From positions 1 through 38,482 of IMG/VR virus record IMGVR_UViG_3300045988_071605: 38,482 nt of DNA. The stretch is one strand, 5' to 3'. The stretch's first letter is position 1; every line of letters begins with the position of its first letter. The translations under genes and the position numbers were made by a program. The stretch comes from a virus. The notes under the pieces were generated by a model. The model saw only the letters and a list, made by a program, of their open reading frames with translations. It had not been told where the DNA came from and did no database searches. Shown here piece by piece: positions 24,324 to 31,923 of this stretch.

Positions 24324-25259
24324 TTAAAACTTTGATAAATCAGCCTTTTCAATATCCTGCTGCCGGATTCCTTCAATCTTTTTTGGATCGCCCTTGTAAA
24401 ACACAAGAACATTCTGATGCACCTTCACCGGCTTTCTTCTCGCTTCAAACTGTCTACCGGCTCGCATAACCGCTGTTGCATACTGCTCCAAAAGAATGGA
24501 ATCGGCATACAGATGCAGCCCGTTTTCCCTGAATAAAGCTTTTGTAAGCCCCACAAAATCCCGGTAAGCGCCTTTGGAATCTCGAATTTCACCAACAACA
24601 AAAGCCGCAAAACTGTTTTCTTTCAGCTTGCGGCAGGATATATCAATGATTTCCTTGTATGCTTCCGAAAAGTCGGAATAGCTCATGTTGGACAAATCCA
24701 GCGGATGATCGCTGTATTTTTCAAGATTGTGATAGGGCGGACAGGTGAAAACAAAATCCGCTGTTTCGTCTGCTATGTATTTATCTGCGTTCCGGCTGTC
24801 ATCACACCACCAGACCGGACACACGCCCAAGGTGTCAGCGTTCATCTGGTTTGCGTCAACCTGCTTTTCGGAAAGGTCAATGCCGATGTAATGCCGTCCG
24901 AGCATTTCAGCCACAACGCCGCGAACCGAGCCACCGGCGAAGGGATCAAACACTATGCCGCCTTTGGGACTGTACCAGTTATAAAGAACTTCACAAAGTA
25001 CCGGATCAAAGATTGATGTCCCTGTCAGATTTTCGCTTCTCATTCGTGCGAGTTGTGCAAACCCTTTGCCAATCAGCGCGTCATTTCTCCCGGCTGCGCT
25101 GTCAAGCCCTATGCTTTTCCATTCGTTTTTGCGTTTCTGCCAGTAGCCCTGTTTGGTATCAAATACGGAAACAGGTGGGGCATAGGAAACGTTCTTGCAA
25201 TATACCCATGTAACCAACCCTTTCAAGGCATAATAAAAGCCAGCCGGGGAAAGGAACAA
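24324..25259 (-). CDS. SAM-dependent DNA amino-methyltransferase (N6-A or N4-C), orphan
   Basis: Motif I VFDPFAGGS is followed ~65 aa later by motif IV FTCPPY. No nuclease partner is present. The start codon is unresolved: the TTG at 25259 lies in a hairpin loop, and in-frame TTGs occur at 25226 and 25217. Confidence 0.8.
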   Translation of the reverse strand: MFLSPAGFYYALKGLVTWVYCKNVSYAPPVSVFDTKQGYWQKRKNEWKSIGLDSAAGRNDALIGKGFAQLARMRSENLTGTSIFDPVLCEVLYNWYSPKGGIVFDPFAGGSVRGVVAEMLGRHYIGIDLSEKQVDANQMNADTLGVCPVWWCDDSRNADKYIADETADFVFTCPPYHNLEKYSDHPLDLSNMSYSDFSEAYKEIIDISCRKLKENSFAAFVVGEIRDSKGAYRDFVGLTKALFRENGLHLYADSILLEQYATAVMRAGRQFEARRKPVKVHQNVLVFYKGDPKKIEGIRQQDIEKADLSKF

Positions 25260-25272
25260 AACCCGACTGGCT
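25231..25272 (-). terminator. Terminator-like hairpin between the late-regulator gene and the methyltransferase/packaging genes
   Basis: Minus-strand AGCCAGTCGGG-13 nt-CCCGGCTGGCT (11 bp, one mismatch), followed by TTTTATTAT. Confidence 0.5.
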
Positions 25273-25339
25273 AAGAGCCATCTGTATTATTTTTCTACAA
25301 TAACAATATCACATTTCAACTATGAATTACTATGAATTT

Positions 25340-25768
25340 TTAGGAACTCTTTTCGGATTTCAGGATTTTTTCCACGGTTTGAAGCGCTCTTCCGTGCATA
25401 CTGCAAATCCAGCGGTATGTATAGCCCATGTCAAGCGCCACCTGTTCAAACGTTTTCCCTTGAACGTAACGCTGATGAAGAATGTTGAATTCCTTATCAT
25501 CTTCAACCTTGTCAATTGTTTGACTGACCGTGCGTCTTGCATCCACAAGGGAATCAATCTCGCGGTTAATCTCCGCTTCAAGGTCAATGAGCTTTGCCAC
25601 GGCGTCCGAAATCTTGTCTTGTCCACCGCTGCCGGAAGAGGGAACGTCCCGCAGCGTGGGCGTGATTTTCGTCATCATCGCCTTCAGCCGGTCGCGCTCT
25701 TCCAGCTTCGCATTGATCCGGGAATCATAACGCCTAATCTGCGAAAGGTATTTCTTCACGTCTGTCAT
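25340..25768 (-). CDS. Sigma-70 region-4-like late transcriptional regulator (DUF1492 / RinA-ArpU-like class)
   Basis: 142 aa. N-terminal coiled coil; SSGSGGQDKISDAVAKLIDLEAEI; C-terminal HTH NILHQRYVQGKTFEQVALDMGYTYRWICSMHGRALQ. It is the last gene before the packaging module. Confidence 0.75.
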   Translation of the reverse strand: MTDVKKYLSQIRRYDSRINAKLEERDRLKAMMTKITPTLRDVPSSGSGGQDKISDAVAKLIDLEAEINREIDSLVDARRTVSQTIDKVEDDKEFNILHQRYVQGKTFEQVALDMGYTYRWICSMHGRALQTVEKILKSEKSS

Positions 25769-25772
25769 TCAA

Positions 25773-26015
25773 TCACCGTCCTTTCTGCAATGCCATATAT
25801 TGCCCGTATGTAAGCCCCATAGCGTTTGCCTTCCGTGCGACTTCGGAAAGCGTGTCGTTTTTGGTTTTTGTCTGCGCGTTCAGTCGGCGTTTATCGCGGC
25901 AATAAAGACTTTTTGCTTCTCTTTTGCACTTTTCGCCGCAATAGCGCTGGTTGTTGCTGTTCCGATTAAAAGTCTCGCCGCAGATTTCACATTGTCCTGT
26001 TCGAGCATGAAACAT
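25773..26015 (-). CDS. Small zinc-ribbon protein
   Basis: CEICGETF...YCGEKCK (CxxC...CxxxC) followed by a basic helix. Confidence 0.65.
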   Translation of the reverse strand: MFHARTGQCEICGETFNRNSNNQRYCGEKCKREAKSLYCRDKRRLNAQTKTKNDTLSEVARKANAMGLTYGQYMALQKGR

Positions 26016-26252
26016 TTAAACGATCTCCCATCCGTATTCATCTTTGATCGCTTCCCGGATTTCCCAGATGTTCAGGTTGCCAAGATTGACGCTTTCAGCC
26101 ACGTTGTTCAGGCTCGCCTTCAGCTTCTGCACATCGTCCGGGGAAGGATGAAAAACGTCCATCCAAGCCCACACGAACATGATTTCGGCGACTGTGACAG
26201 CTTTTGTCATGCTCACGCGCTCCGGGCGGCGCTTTTTAGATTTGCTGCTCAT
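26016..26252 (-). CDS. Hypothetical protein
   Basis: ORF with AAAGGA RBS before ATG26252. Tightly packed in the operon. Confidence 0.55.
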   Translation of the reverse strand: MSSKSKKRRPERVSMTKAVTVAEIMFVWAWMDVFHPSPDDVQKLKASLNNVAESVNLGNLNIWEIREAIKDEYGWEIV

Positions 26253-26439
26253 TGTCCACAATCCTTTCAACTTCGCGGATGATTTCTCGCGCCATGTCGC
26301 TCACGCCAGAAATGTAATCCGTAACGCCCGCCTTGTATGTATCGCTGTATTCCGAGATACCGTCCAGTTTGGCGGCGCAAAGTGCGTGTTCAGTGCGATG
26401 CACAACAGCGGCAAAGACATTCTTCATTGCATCATTCAT
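26236..26439 (-). CDS. Hypothetical protein
   Basis: 67-aa ORF with overlapping junctions to its neighbours. Confidence 0.55.
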   Translation of the reverse strand: MNDAMKNVFAAVVHRTEHALCAAKLDGISEYSDTYKAGVTDYISGVSDMAREIIREVERIVDNEQQI

Positions 26440-26641
26440 CGGCTTTTCCCTTCCTTTGAGTGAGTTTTTTCAGTTCCGCAATGTTCAGCATTTCGATTGC
26501 AACCGAGCGGAGCAGGGCAACCTTAATGCATTCCAGCTCTTCCGTCGTGCAATTCTTACTGTCAAATGTGAACGTCGGCAGGAACTTTTCCACCAGCTTC
26601 TTGTAAATGCGCTCGTGGTTTTTGCATTCTTGTATCGTCAT
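26432..26641 (-). CDS. Hypothetical protein
   Basis: Start refined to ATG26641 (TAATG overlap with the upstream stop). Confidence 0.55.
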   Translation of the reverse strand: MTIQECKNHERIYKKLVEKFLPTFTFDSKNCTTEELECIKVALLRSVAIEMLNIAELKKLTQRKGKADE

Positions 26642-26928
26642 TATGCACCGTCCCTTCTTCTGCCGCCGCTGCAAAAAAAATCATCCTCAACAGGGATGCA
26701 TCCGTAAAATGCCCCCATTGGCTCTGAACAGAATCGTTTTCCAAACTCTGTCACGCCGCTTTTTTGACAGTCCTTGCAGCGCACCACCGGCGCAACGTCG
26801 GCGGCAGGGATAGCCCGAAGCGCTTCTTCTATGTCCATTGCTCGCCACCCAAAACACTTGTGTATCCCGAAAGGATCGCTATCATAGATTGCTTTGATCG
26901 CCGCTTCTCTGTCTATGTATTCAGTCAT
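26641..26928 (-). CDS. Hypothetical Cys-containing phage protein
   Basis: Start refined to ATG26928, 6 nt after AGGAGA. MTEYIDREAAIKAI...VVRCKDCQ. Confidence 0.65.
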   Translation of the reverse strand: MTEYIDREAAIKAIYDSDPFGIHKCFGWRAMDIEEALRAIPAADVAPVVRCKDCQKSGVTEFGKRFCSEPMGAFYGCIPVEDDFFCSGGRRRDGA

Positions 26929-27082
26929 TGTCATTCTCCTTCCACACCGGGCGGCTGTTCTTCCACTTGCGCCAGCGGATAAAGCGCCACCGGGGCGGCT
27001 CGCTGTCCAGCCACTTGTTGAAATGCGCGATGTACTCAAGACGTAGGTTGTACCGGCGCTTCTTTTCTTGTTTTTCGTTCAT
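26921..27082 (-). CDS. Unlisted 53-aa basic Trp-rich protein
   Basis: Hand translation gives MNEKQEKKRRYNLRLEYIAHFNKWLDSEPPRWRFIRWRKWKNSRPVWKENDND. ATGA overlap with the upstream stop. It fills an otherwise 150-nt gap and falls below the 60-aa track cutoff. Confidence 0.55.
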   Translation of the reverse strand: MNEKQEKKRRYNLRLEYIAHFNKWLDSEPPRWRFIRWRKWKNSRPVWKENDND

Positions 27083-27264
27083 AATTCACACTCCCCCAGA
27101 TAATCAAGCTCGAATTCTTCAAGCTGCTGCTTCGTCAGCGGCTCGGAATAGAAAAGAATGTTGTGATACTTGCCGCTTTCGTCCTTCTTTGCCATGACAA
27201 TGGCTTTCGTGGGCTGACACCACGGGGCAAAGCCCCGCGCCCTCATGCCGTATTTGTACATCAT
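27079..27264 (-). CDS. Hypothetical protein
   Basis: 61-aa ORF (MMYKYGMRARGFAPWCQP...) with a 4-nt overlap with the upstream gene. Confidence 0.6.
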   Translation of the reverse strand: MMYKYGMRARGFAPWCQPTKAIVMAKKDESGKYHNILFYSEPLTKQQLEEFELDYLGECEL

Positions 27265-27809
27265 TCAGTTGATCCCCCGATCTTCAAAATCTCGCCGTCC
27301 ATGCCCTTGAGCTGTATTCCCTTAATTGCTTCCTGAAGCGGAAGCGCAAGCTGTTTCTGCTCCTGCTCGCGCTTCGCCATGATCTCATAGCAGCCACGGA
27401 AGGCGGCGCGGTCTGCCACGGCATTTTCCGACGTGCAAAGGTTTCTCCATCCCATTTTCAGGACACAGCTTGCAGCGATGGGATCAACGCCGTCCAGATA
27501 CGCCATTGCGTCTTTGGGATTGTAATATCCGAACTTCCGGATTGCTGTCAAAACTGCGTCCCATCCGTCCTGCCACGTTCGCGGCTCGCCGTTGACGATC
27601 ACCGCGCACATTTCCCGAATTTCTGCAATGGACGGCGACCATTTGTTCAGGCTTACCCATTTCCGCAAGCAGGTTATCGCCGTTTCCTGCGGGATGTCTT
27701 GCAGCTCTTGATACCACAGTTCCATTGCTTCCTTATTCGGCAGAATCTGTTCCCGTGGGAAATACGTCCGCAGCGCAGAAGCAAAAATTCCGAATTCCTG
27801 TTTATCCAC
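27261..27809 (-). CDS. G39P-like replicative helicase loader/inhibitor
   Basis: N-terminal pattern FGIFASALRTYFPRE...WYQELQDIPQETAITCLRKWVSLNKWSPSIAEI resembles the SPP1 G39P family. It follows the replisome organizer gene. Confidence 0.65.
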   Translation of the reverse strand: MDKQEFGIFASALRTYFPREQILPNKEAMELWYQELQDIPQETAITCLRKWVSLNKWSPSIAEIREMCAVIVNGEPRTWQDGWDAVLTAIRKFGYYNPKDAMAYLDGVDPIAASCVLKMGWRNLCTSENAVADRAAFRGCYEIMAKREQEQKQLALPLQEAIKGIQLKGMDGEILKIGGSTE

Positions 27810-27813
27810 TTTT

Positions 27814-28674
27814 TCATTCTCCCTTCGCCCATTCAGCGGCCATGTTGTAGAAGTCGTTCAGCTCTTCGGCTTTCGTGTTCTTGCCGGTTTGTCGGTATGT
27901 AACGGGCTTATCGTCGTAATTGCCGTCAAGGACTTTCGCCATGTTAGAATCCTTAATCAGCCAGTCAAACGTAGCCGACCAGTTGCTGCTGTTCTTGCCC
28001 TTCAGGAAGGACGAAGCTTCCGCTTTTTCAAAAAGCGTCTTGAAATCGTCAAGGGAATATGTGTTCAGCCGTGCTTTGATCGCCTTTTTCCGGGCGTCAG
28101 AAAGAGCTTTGACCGAAGGAAAAGAAACACAGATGGAATTGAAGGCGGCAACGATGCCCTTATAATCAATCTTATCTCTTTCTTTTTCTTCTTCTCTTTC
28201 TTCTTCTATATCTTCTTCTGCATCGTCTACAGAGATTCTTTCGCCGTCTACAGTAGAATCTACGGTAGAATCTACAGCAGGTGGAAGCGCCTTCTGTTTG
28301 GCTCTCCATCGGGCTTGCGCAAGACGCTTGCTTTCCCTGATTTTGTCCATGCCGTCAATGTTCTGATGCTCCGACCATCCGGCGATTGTGAAGCAGCCGT
28401 TGGACATAACGACCATGCCGAGCCGTTCAAGGGCTTCCAATGCAAGCCGGACGGTGTTTTCTTCAAAATCAAGCTCATCCGCAAGCATTTTCGGCGTGTA
28501 CGGGATGTTTTCTGTCAGGAAGATCATGCCGCCCGAATTGCAGCGCCCGGCCATTGTCAGCAGCATCACCCAAATCAGGACAATGTTGTTGCCGTCCGGC
28601 AGACGCCGCAGATGCTTGATTTTGCGGTTGTCGAACATATCGGTTGTGATCTTGATCCACTTTACATCAGCCAT
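27814..28674 (-). CDS. Phage replisome organizer (N-terminal phage_rep_org domain + acidic linker + DnaD-like C-terminus)
   Basis: MADVKWIKITTDMFDNRKIKHLRRLPDGNNIVLIWVMLL... is typical of replisome organizer N-domains. Confidence 0.85.
   Translation of the reverse strand: MADVKWIKITTDMFDNRKIKHLRRLPDGNNIVLIWVMLLTMAGRCNSGGMIFLTENIPYTPKMLADELDFEENTVRLALEALERLGMVVMSNGCFTIAGWSEHQNIDGMDKIRESKRLAQARWRAKQKALPPAVDSTVDSTVDGERISVDDAEEDIEEEREEEKERDKIDYKGIVAAFNSICVSFPSVKALSDARKKAIKARLNTYSLDDFKTLFEKAEASSFLKGKNSSNWSATFDWLIKDSNMAKVLDGNYDDKPVTYRQTGKNTKAEELNDFYNMAAEWAKGE
28227..28277. repeat. Four direct TCTACRG iterons inside the replisome organizer gene (candidate origin)
   Basis: TCTACAG at 28227, 28247 and 28271; TCTACGG at 28259 (spacing 20/12/12 nt). 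Adjacent to a ~50-nt polypyrimidine tract at about 28175-28220. Confidence 0.45.
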
Positions 28675-28891
28675 ACGATTCCGCCGCCTTCAGGGAATAC
28701 CGGGCAAAGCTTGTCGGCTCGCCATAGCGGTTCTTGCCGCTGACCATTTCTTTTTCAATGGGGACGCCCATCTGCTTCAGATCAGAAATCCGGGAAGCCA
28801 GACGCATGATCCCGTATTCCTGCATAGCTTCAAGGCTTGTGATAGAGCCGTAATCTTCAAGGTGTCGCTGTATGCGTTCGCATTGTGTCAT
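28667..28891 (-). CDS. Winged-helix DNA-binding protein (HTH_39-like)
   Basis: MTQCERIQRHLEDYGSITSLEAMQEYGIMRLASRISDLKQMG. Start refined to ATG28891, after GAAAGGGG. Confidence 0.7.
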   Translation of the reverse strand: MTQCERIQRHLEDYGSITSLEAMQEYGIMRLASRISDLKQMGVPIEKEMVSGKNRYGEPTSFARYSLKAAESYG

Positions 28892-28992
28892 GTTGTCAGC
28901 CCCTTTCATCTTTTGTGTGTGGGGCGGTCAATGCCGCCCTGTGATAAGCTCCGAATAGGGATAGGTTTCAACGTTTTCAATCGTCAGCATAC

Positions 28993-29403
28993 TTACACCC
29001 CCGTACTGCCAAAGCCGTTGCTGCCGCGCTCGGAATCGTCCAGCTTGTCCACGACTTCAAGGGGAAGCTTGATGACCGGCAGAATGACAATCTGCGTGAT
29101 CTTCGATCCTGCCTTCAGAAGACACGTTTTGCCGCTTTGGTTGTAGAGCTTGGCAACGATGCTGCCGGTGTATCCGGCGTCAATGACGCCTTCGGACGTG
29201 ATGCCGGACTTGACGTTCAGACCGGACTTGCTTTTCAGCATCCCGACCATGCCGACCGGAATCTGCATATGTACGCCGGTGTCAATCACGGCAGAGCCGA
29301 AAGAAGGAACAACCACGTCATGCGGTGTGCGCAGGTCAAGTCCTGCGTCATCTTCGTGCGCTCTTTCCGGCATATAGCAGCCGGGATCAATAACAACCTT
29401 CAT
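28993..29403 (-). CDS. dut: dUTP diphosphatase (trimeric dUTPase)
   Basis: Motifs AHEDDAGLDL, SKSGL, GVIDAGYTG, RGSNGFGSTG. Start refined to ATG29403, after AAAGGAG. Confidence 0.92.
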   Translation of the reverse strand: MKVVIDPGCYMPERAHEDDAGLDLRTPHDVVVPSFGSAVIDTGVHMQIPVGMVGMLKSKSGLNVKSGITSEGVIDAGYTGSIVAKLYNQSGKTCLLKAGSKITQIVILPVIKLPLEVVDKLDDSERGSNGFGSTGV

Positions 29404-29417
29404 TTTCTTTTCTCCTT

Positions 29418-29594
29418 TCAGTGTGCGATCCACGAATACAGGCAGAGCGTGAAATAGACCACGCCGAGAATGCCGAAGATGATTCCGTACCACTTCCACG
29501 CGCCCGGATTTGCCAGCGTGATAAAGTAGAGAATCGACAGCATCATTGCCATGAACAGCGTCGTGAGCAGATACGCTTTGCTTTTGCTTCTCAT
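29418..29594 (-). CDS. Unlisted 58-aa two-TM membrane peptide
   Basis: Hand translation gives MRSKSKAYLLTTLFMAMMLSILYFITLANPGAWKWYGIIFGILGVVYFTLCLYSWIAH. AAGGA RBS. Its stop overlaps the dUTPase RBS. It falls below the track cutoff. Confidence 0.55.
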   Translation of the reverse strand: MRSKSKAYLLTTLFMAMMLSILYFITLANPGAWKWYGIIFGILGVVYFTLCLYSWIAH

Positions 29595-29600
29595 ATCGGA

Positions 29601-29945
29601 TTATTCCTTTCTTTCCTGACCGGCTTCCCATTCGCTGAAAAGCCGCATCCAGTCTTCAAATTCCATCGTCACAAGGATGGATGCATTGTTTTTCTTGTGG
29701 AACACAGCCGGAAGCTTGTCCGTCCCGGCTGCGTCCCGCTTGGCCTGTGCCATCCAGTCATAGAGCTGCATTCGCTCTTGGTGCTTGGCTTCGATATGGA
29801 TTCCGGGAAGCCCTACAACGTCCGAAGCGTCCCCGGTGTTGCCGCAGTATTGGGCGGTTCTCCGGGCGTTGTAGCCGTATTCCCGGAACAGGGAAGCAAG
29901 ATGCCGTTCAAACCGTGCGCCCTTCTGTTTGCTGTTTACAGACAT
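29601..29945 (-). CDS. PD-(D/E)XK-type Holliday junction resolvase-like nuclease
   Basis: SKQKGARFERHLASLF...DASDVVGLPGIHIEAKH (D...E-x-K arrangement), located within the recombination module. Confidence 0.7.
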   Translation of the reverse strand: MSVNSKQKGARFERHLASLFREYGYNARRTAQYCGNTGDASDVVGLPGIHIEAKHQERMQLYDWMAQAKRDAAGTDKLPAVFHKKNNASILVTMEFEDWMRLFSEWEAGQERKE

Positions 29946-30138
29946 TGCCTTCAGCCCCCCTTACAAGCGGACAATCGCTTCTTCTATATTGCATTGAATA
30001 TGGGTTTCCTTCGATTTCCCGTTTTTCCTCATCCGCGATGCCATAACATACAGGGTATGAATCATTGATGTACCCCATCAACGCGCATCCACCACAGCTT
30101 TCCGGGATTTTATTAACATGGACGGAATAGATTTTCAT
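29908..30138 (-). CDS. Hypothetical Cys-rich protein
   Basis: 76-aa ORF with AAGGGGG RBS. There is a 38-nt overlap with the downstream gene. Confidence 0.5.
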   Translation of the reverse strand: MKIYSVHVNKIPESCGGCALMGYINDSYPVCYGIADEEKREIEGNPYSMQYRRSDCPLVRGAEGNVCKQQTEGRTV

Positions 30139-30152
30139 GGTATGTCCCCCTT

Positions 30153-30545
30153 TCAGAACGGCAGATGCCCGTCATCTTCTTCAATTTCCGCGAAGCCCTG
30201 ATCCGGCGCGGGATAGCTGCCGGAATCGGCAGACCGCTTGCTTTCGCAAAATTCATGCCGGTCAACGATGATTTCCGCGGTGTAGTGCTTCTGCCCGTCC
30301 TTCTCATAGCTGCCGGTCTGAATGCGCCCTTCGATGGCAATTTTCATGCCTTTGTGCAGGTACTTTTCTGCAAACTCGCCGGTCTTACCCCATGCAGTGC
30401 AGTTGATGAAATCCGATTCAGGCTGTCCTTCGGTTTTCACGTTGCGGTCAACCGCCAGACGATAGGAAGCAACTTTTTTGCCGGAATTTGTGACGCGGAT
30501 TTCAGGATCAACCGTCAGGCGACCGATAAGAATCACTTTATTCAT
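30153..30545 (-). CDS. ssb: Single-stranded DNA-binding protein
   Basis: MNKVILIGRLTVDPEIR OB-fold start and an acidic tip ending DDGHLPF. Start refined to ATG30545. Confidence 0.93.
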   Translation of the reverse strand: MNKVILIGRLTVDPEIRVTNSGKKVASYRLAVDRNVKTEGQPESDFINCTAWGKTGEFAEKYLHKGMKIAIEGRIQTGSYEKDGQKHYTAEIIVDRHEFCESKRSADSGSYPAPDQGFAEIEEDDGHLPF

Positions 30546-31473
30546 TGGTATCACCGCCGAAAAGCGCCGCCTGTACGTCACCGGCGTCCGTCTGTTCCTG
30601 CACCACTTCAGCCGTTGCTTCAATGGTATCCGGATCATTTTCAACGTAGTCTTTCGTCCCGTCCTCGTTGATGACCGCCATATCTGCATCAATAGCGGAA
30701 GCCATTTCGATTGACATGATGCCCCATTTGCTGATGAGCTGTCGCAGCATGGTCTTATATGCCATGCCGTCAAAGTCCCTGTACCAGAAAGACGAATACA
30801 TCCAAGCGTCCTTCGGGTCATAATTTCCGGCAGCAAAATCCGCATACGAAACCTTTTTCTTTTCTCCGTATCTGGTTTTTACCGTTTTTCCGTCCTTGGA
30901 AAATGCCGGGCTGTATTTATCAGCGTGGGCAAGCATCTTGTTCTTGCTCCAATAGATAGCCTTTCGGAATCCATTGACATACTCAAACATGGCATAATAG
31001 CCGATGGTTTCAGCCGTTTCCCGCTGCTCTTCGTCATCAATCAGCTTGACTTCGATTTCCTCATTCAGAGGATCGAAGCGCACAAGCTCGCCCTTCTTGA
31101 TTGCAAGGACGTTCAGCTTCTTGTACTGACCGGAACGAATGGCAAGCTGGATATATCCCTTGTAGCCAAGCTGGAACTGCGCCACATTGCCGCGCTCTTT
31201 GTCGTTGTAAGGAACCATGTAATACTGTCCGAGCTGCGGAGACGGGGACAGCTTCAGGCTTTCGCCCAGCAGGGCGGCAGAAAGAATGCTCTGATTTGTG
31301 CATTCCTGAAGGGCGGGATTCGTCTGAACGGCGCTGATAACCGCGCTGATGAAGCGCTGACCGTCCTTGCCGCCGATGACCTGATTGATACGCTGCTTGA
31401 CCGCATCGCCTGTGAGATAGGAACCGATGCCAAGCCGCTTCTGTGACTTCTGAAGTGAATTGTTTACTGCCAT
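30538..31473 (-). CDS. recT: RecT-family single-strand annealing recombinase
   Basis: Pattern LSAALLGESLKLSPSPQLGQYYMVPY...FQLGYKGYIQLAIRSGQY. Start refined to ATG31473. Confidence 0.9.
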   Translation of the reverse strand: MAVNNSLQKSQKRLGIGSYLTGDAVKQRINQVIGGKDGQRFISAVISAVQTNPALQECTNQSILSAALLGESLKLSPSPQLGQYYMVPYNDKERGNVAQFQLGYKGYIQLAIRSGQYKKLNVLAIKKGELVRFDPLNEEIEVKLIDDEEQRETAETIGYYAMFEYVNGFRKAIYWSKNKMLAHADKYSPAFSKDGKTVKTRYGEKKKVSYADFAAGNYDPKDAWMYSSFWYRDFDGMAYKTMLRQLISKWGIMSIEMASAIDADMAVINEDGTKDYVENDPDTIEATAEVVQEQTDAGDVQAALFGGDTNE

Positions 31474-31475
31474 GA

Positions 31476-31913
31476 TCAATAATCCTTTCTCTGATCAAAG
31501 TTAATTTCGATTTTAGGAACCCATGTGTTACTGACAGCGCTTGATACATTGTCGATGAAGGAATCAACAAATTTTGTGTAATTGACTTTCTTTGAAAGTT
31601 CTTCACGGATTGCCTTGGTAATTTCAGGCTTGCGTTCGTCAACAATTTTCTGCAATTCTTCTGCCGTGACTTCCTTAATCATTTCTCTGACATAGTATTC
31701 AAGCAATGTGTACTTGTTATCTCTTTCATAACTGCTGATTGTGCCTTTGTCGCTAACCCTTGTATTCAAGGTCATTTTTACAATCTGACTTACAATTTCG
31801 TTTTTGCCGTTCAGGGATTCAGAAATTCCCATTATGACGGTCTGCCGGACGGCTTCAGCAAGATAATCCTGATCTATATTCAGGTCTAAACCAACGATAT
31901 TTGCCATTTTCAT
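31476..31913 (-). CDS. Hypothetical protein in an AT-rich insert in the recombination module
   Basis: 145-aa ORF. 60-nt hand counts give 32-38% GC, against about 50% or more in the flanking genes. Confidence 0.65.
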   Translation of the reverse strand: MKMANIVGLDLNIDQDYLAEAVRQTVIMGISESLNGKNEIVSQIVKMTLNTRVSDKGTISSYERDNKYTLLEYYVREMIKEVTAEELQKIVDERKPEITKAIREELSKKVNYTKFVDSFIDNVSSAVSNTWVPKIEINFDQRKDY

Positions 31914-31923
31914 TCACCCCTTC

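Noticed and set aside
28227-28277. Short direct repeats considered as a mini CRISPR array or slippage artefact
   Set aside because: The repeats are only 7 nt long at 12-20 nt spacing, lie inside a coding region, and have no spacer-like unique segments or cas genes. They are better explained as iterons or a codon repeat.
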